From Fonticula alba ATCC 38817 (taxonomy: Eukaryota; Protista; Nucleariida), in the NCBI GenBank assembly GCA_000388065.2, contig KB932204.1: DNA of 64,000 bases, one strand, 5' to 3'. The notes under the pieces were generated by a model. It saw only the letters and a program-made list of their open reading frames with translations. It had not been told where the DNA came from and ran no database searches. The position numbers and the translations under genes were made by a program. Shown here one piece after another: positions 61,259-64,000 of this stretch (positions are counted from its first letter, which is position 1; each line of letters opens with the position of its first letter).

Positions 61259-61648
61259 ACCAGGAGTCCGGGGAGCCGACAAAGGGGAGATAAGGTCCGC
61301 TGACGCCCCGGACGACAAAAAATCTCACCTCGCCCCGGGCGCGTATTATTTTGCACCCTTTTGACCAGCAACTTGGGCGAATGTCATTTCTACAGGGGTG
61401 CCCTCGCTCCCCTGGGGGATACACTTTGGCCCCCTCCCCCCCTCAGACGTGTGCTCTTCCGATCTACCAGGAGTCCGGGGAGCCGACAAAGGGGAGATAA
61501 GGTCCGCTGACGCCCCGGACGACAAAAAATCTCACCTCGCCCCGGGCGCGTATTATTTTGCACCCTTTTGACCAGCAACTTGGGCGAATGTCATTTCTAC
61601 AGGGGTGCCCTCGCTCCCCTGGGGGATACACTTTGGCCCCCTCCCCCC
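61259..61648. repeat. Direct duplication of ~185 bp (61259-61442 and 61466-~61648) flanking the adapter
   Basis: Both copies run from accaggagtccgggg to gatacactttggcccc; they appear identical by eye. Confidence 0.95.
61443..61465 (+). other. Illumina TruSeq adapter/read-2 primer sequence (assembly contamination)
   Basis: TCAGACGTGTGCTCTTCCGATCT is identical to the 3' end of GTGACTGGAGTTCAGACGTGTGCTCTTCCGATCT; its reverse strand translates as DRKSTRL in the ORF track. Confidence 0.97.
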
Positions 61649-63318
61649 CGCCGTCCCGGCCCCGGCGAACGCGCGCGCGCGCGGATGACGCCCAACCAAG
61701 GCAGTGGCGTCATCCTGGGACGACCGTGAACTTTGCACCACATACGGCACGCCGCCTGGGTGGTGCTGCTCCCTGCCTGTGCTTCCTCAGTCGGGGCCGA
61801 ATCAGGAAGCACAGGCAGGGGCGGACAGGTCCAGGTGCTGTTGCCGGGGTGGCCGCCGCACCCCCGCCCCCCGTTGAGTGCGGTGCACAAGGGGGGGAAA
61901 AAAATAGACCAGGAGAAGAAAATGATGAAGGTATTGTATTGCCGGAGAAGGGCACTGACACATCGCGGCCTGACTCCTCCTCGTTCCGCAGGAGAGGGGG
62001 GAAGAGGGAATCGTCTCTGTGGGGCGAGGCAAAAGACTGGCTACTGTACAACTCAACCGCACAGAGGGGAAAGGAAGAGGAGGAGAGAGCAAGGGCGCAC
62101 GATGGAAGGGGAAGACAAGAAGAACTAGTTCACAAGGGCTGAGGGAAGAGAGAGAGAGAGAGAGAGAGGGGGGGGGAGGAAGAGCAATCCCCTCTTGGCA
62201 GGACCGGGAAGGAAGAGAAGGGGAATGGGGGGAAAGAGGAGCGAAGGAAGGGCAGCCACCAGGGCTCCACAACACAACATTGCGGCCTCTATCCCCCCGT
62301 CCCTTGCCATTTCCGGGGGAGGAGAGGGGGGGCAGAGGACGGGGCCTCGACCGGCGTGCCATGAGAGGAGGGAGGAGTGAAGAGGAAGACGGGAAGGAGT
62401 GCGTGCGACTGGGCGGCCACAAAGCTAGACATGCACATCATTGCTCCTTTGGGCCTGTGCACCTCTCTCTCGACCATCTCTGCTGCCTGAAGAGGAAGAG
62501 AGACGAAGGAGGAAGACACAGGAGCAAGGAGGAAGGAGACACGACATCCACGCGAAGACCCTTCATCGGCCACGGAATGACGGGAAAGCACATTGCGAGC
62601 GTCTGAGAGAGAGGGGGGGGGAAAGGGAGGAAAGGAGAAATGATCCGCGGGGACATGCTGCAAATGTCAGCTCGGAGCCGGTGCGACCATGGGAACAAAG
62701 GCAAAGAGGGGAAGAAAAGAAGAAGAAAGGGCAAATGGAGACGCACCCTGCTGTGAAGAAGGAAGGAAAGGGGGCAAGCGACACCGAAGGGGTCCGAGGA
62801 AAGGGGAGAAGGGGTGGGGGAAGCGCAAACAATGCAGGCAGACAGGAGAGAGGGGAGGATGTGCGCCTGTACAGATGTGACATGCGTGCGAAGGAGGCAT
62901 GCGGCCTGTGTCGCTCCGAGAGTGAGGAGGACGGAGAGACGAGCAGCCACCGCCAGGGCTTGACACACGAATACACGGACACGCGCGAAAGATATACGCA
63001 TGTCCACATACATACACACACACACAGTGAGGAGGCGACAGGGGGAGAGCACAGCGGCTGCCCTTCTCTCTTGTGTGCACACGCGCGAAGCAATCACACA
63101 GACACACACGGAGGCCGGGAGGAGGAGGAGGAGGGGGAGGGGGAAGAGGCCGCGCCGCCAGACGAAATGGGGCACATGTGAACTCACAGACACGCGCACA
63201 CGCACATGCGCATCCTTCCCCCTCTCCTTCGGGCTGCACACCAATCAAGGGGAAGAAAGAGAAAGGACGACAGTCGAAAGGAGGTGGAAGGATGGCAGAC
63301 GTGGTGGATGCAGGCCAT

Positions 63319-63933
63319 TTAGGCCTTGCCGGCCTTCTTGGTGGCAGGCTTCTTGGCGTCGGTCTTCTTGCCGGTGGTCTTCTTGGTGTCAGCCTTCTTG
63401 GTGGTGGTCTTCTTGGCGTCGGCCTTCTTGGCGGCCGAGGCGGCAGCCTTAACACCGGCGGCCGCGACCTTCTTCTTGCCGGCGGCGGTGGTGGCCTTCT
63501 TGGTGGCCTTGCCGGCGGCGGCCTTCTTGGCCACGGTGCCGGTGGTCTTCTTGCTCGGGGTAGCCGGGGAGTCGGTCTTCTTGCTGGGGGTGGTGGCCTT
63601 GGTGGTCTTCTTCTTGGTCGGAGTAGCGGGGGCGGCCTTCTCACCGGCGGCCTTGGTGGTCTTCTTCTCGGCCTTGGCGGGCTTCTCGGCCTGCTTGGCC
63701 TTCTGGGCCTCCTTGCGAGTGTCGGCGCGCTGCTTCTCGCGGACGCTGGCAGAAAGCTTCACCGCACCGGAGGGGCCCTTGGGGAACTCGAAGACACCCT
63801 TGGTCAGGCCACGACGGAGAGCCTGGCGAACCTGGAGGCTGGCCTGGTCACTGACCGGGTAGTTGGCCTGGATGTACTTGAGGATGGCCTGGCGGGAAGA
63901 GCCGCTGCGGTCCTTCAGGGCGGTGATGGCGTT
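63319..63933 (-). CDS. Linker histone H1, last exon; start lies beyond the window
   Basis: Globular domain NAITALKDRSGSSRQAILKYIQANY...RQALRRGLTKGVFEFPKGPSGAVKL, followed by a Lys/Ala/Thr tail with TPTKK/TPSKK CDK sites. Confidence 0.93.
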   Translation of the reverse strand, partial: NAITALKDRSGSSRQAILKYIQANYPVSDQASLQVRQALRRGLTKGVFEFPKGPSGAVKLSASVREKQRADTRKEAQKAKQAEKPAKAEKKTTKAAGEKAAPATPTKKKTTKATTPSKKTDSPATPSKKTTGTVAKKAAAGKATKKATTAAGKKKVAAAGVKAAASAAKKADAKKTTTKKADTKKTTGKKTDAKKPATKKAGKA

Positions 63934-64000
63934 CTACAATGTGCCGACGGAGGAGCGAGGAGACACGTGTCAGTTTGGGTGGATGCCAAAGAAACATGGA

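Overview
Eukaryotic, GC-rich, intron-rich nuclear DNA from a draft assembly with 10 N-gaps and many C/G homopolymers and (CA)n/(GA)n tracts. Introns show GTACG/GTGCG/GTATG donors, CTGAC/CTAAC branch points and C-rich acceptors. Gene content (Pho85-like CDK, Sas4/PEHE-like protein, RPP40, DTWD1, LYRM5) suggests a unicellular opisthokont, possibly a Fonticula-like nucleariid; this is inference only. Spliced genes reconstructed by eye: POLE2/DPB2, NAC-beta (BTF3), an internal COPA fragment, ETFRF1/LYRM5 (absent from the ORF track), BCP1/BCCIP, RPS23, an SH3-DAG kinase, RPL35A, MRPL21, a Pho85/CDK5-like kinase, SUCLG1, a Sas4/PEHE-like protein, a TBC RabGAP, histone H1 and two small hypothetical genes. 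The best novelty candidate is a single intronless 988-codon ORF (49350-52316, minus) that joins an RNase P/MRP subunit RPP40-like domain to a DTWD1-type tRNA acp3U transferase. Second is a DAG kinase with an SH3 domain and no visible C1 domains. Several oddities are most likely assembly artefacts: an SMC1-hinge contig inside SUCLG1 intron 1, an Illumina adapter between two copies of a ~185-bp segment, and the truncated COPA. No tRNA, rRNA, CRISPR array or transposon was recognised. Family assignments rest on motifs recalled from memory, not database searches.
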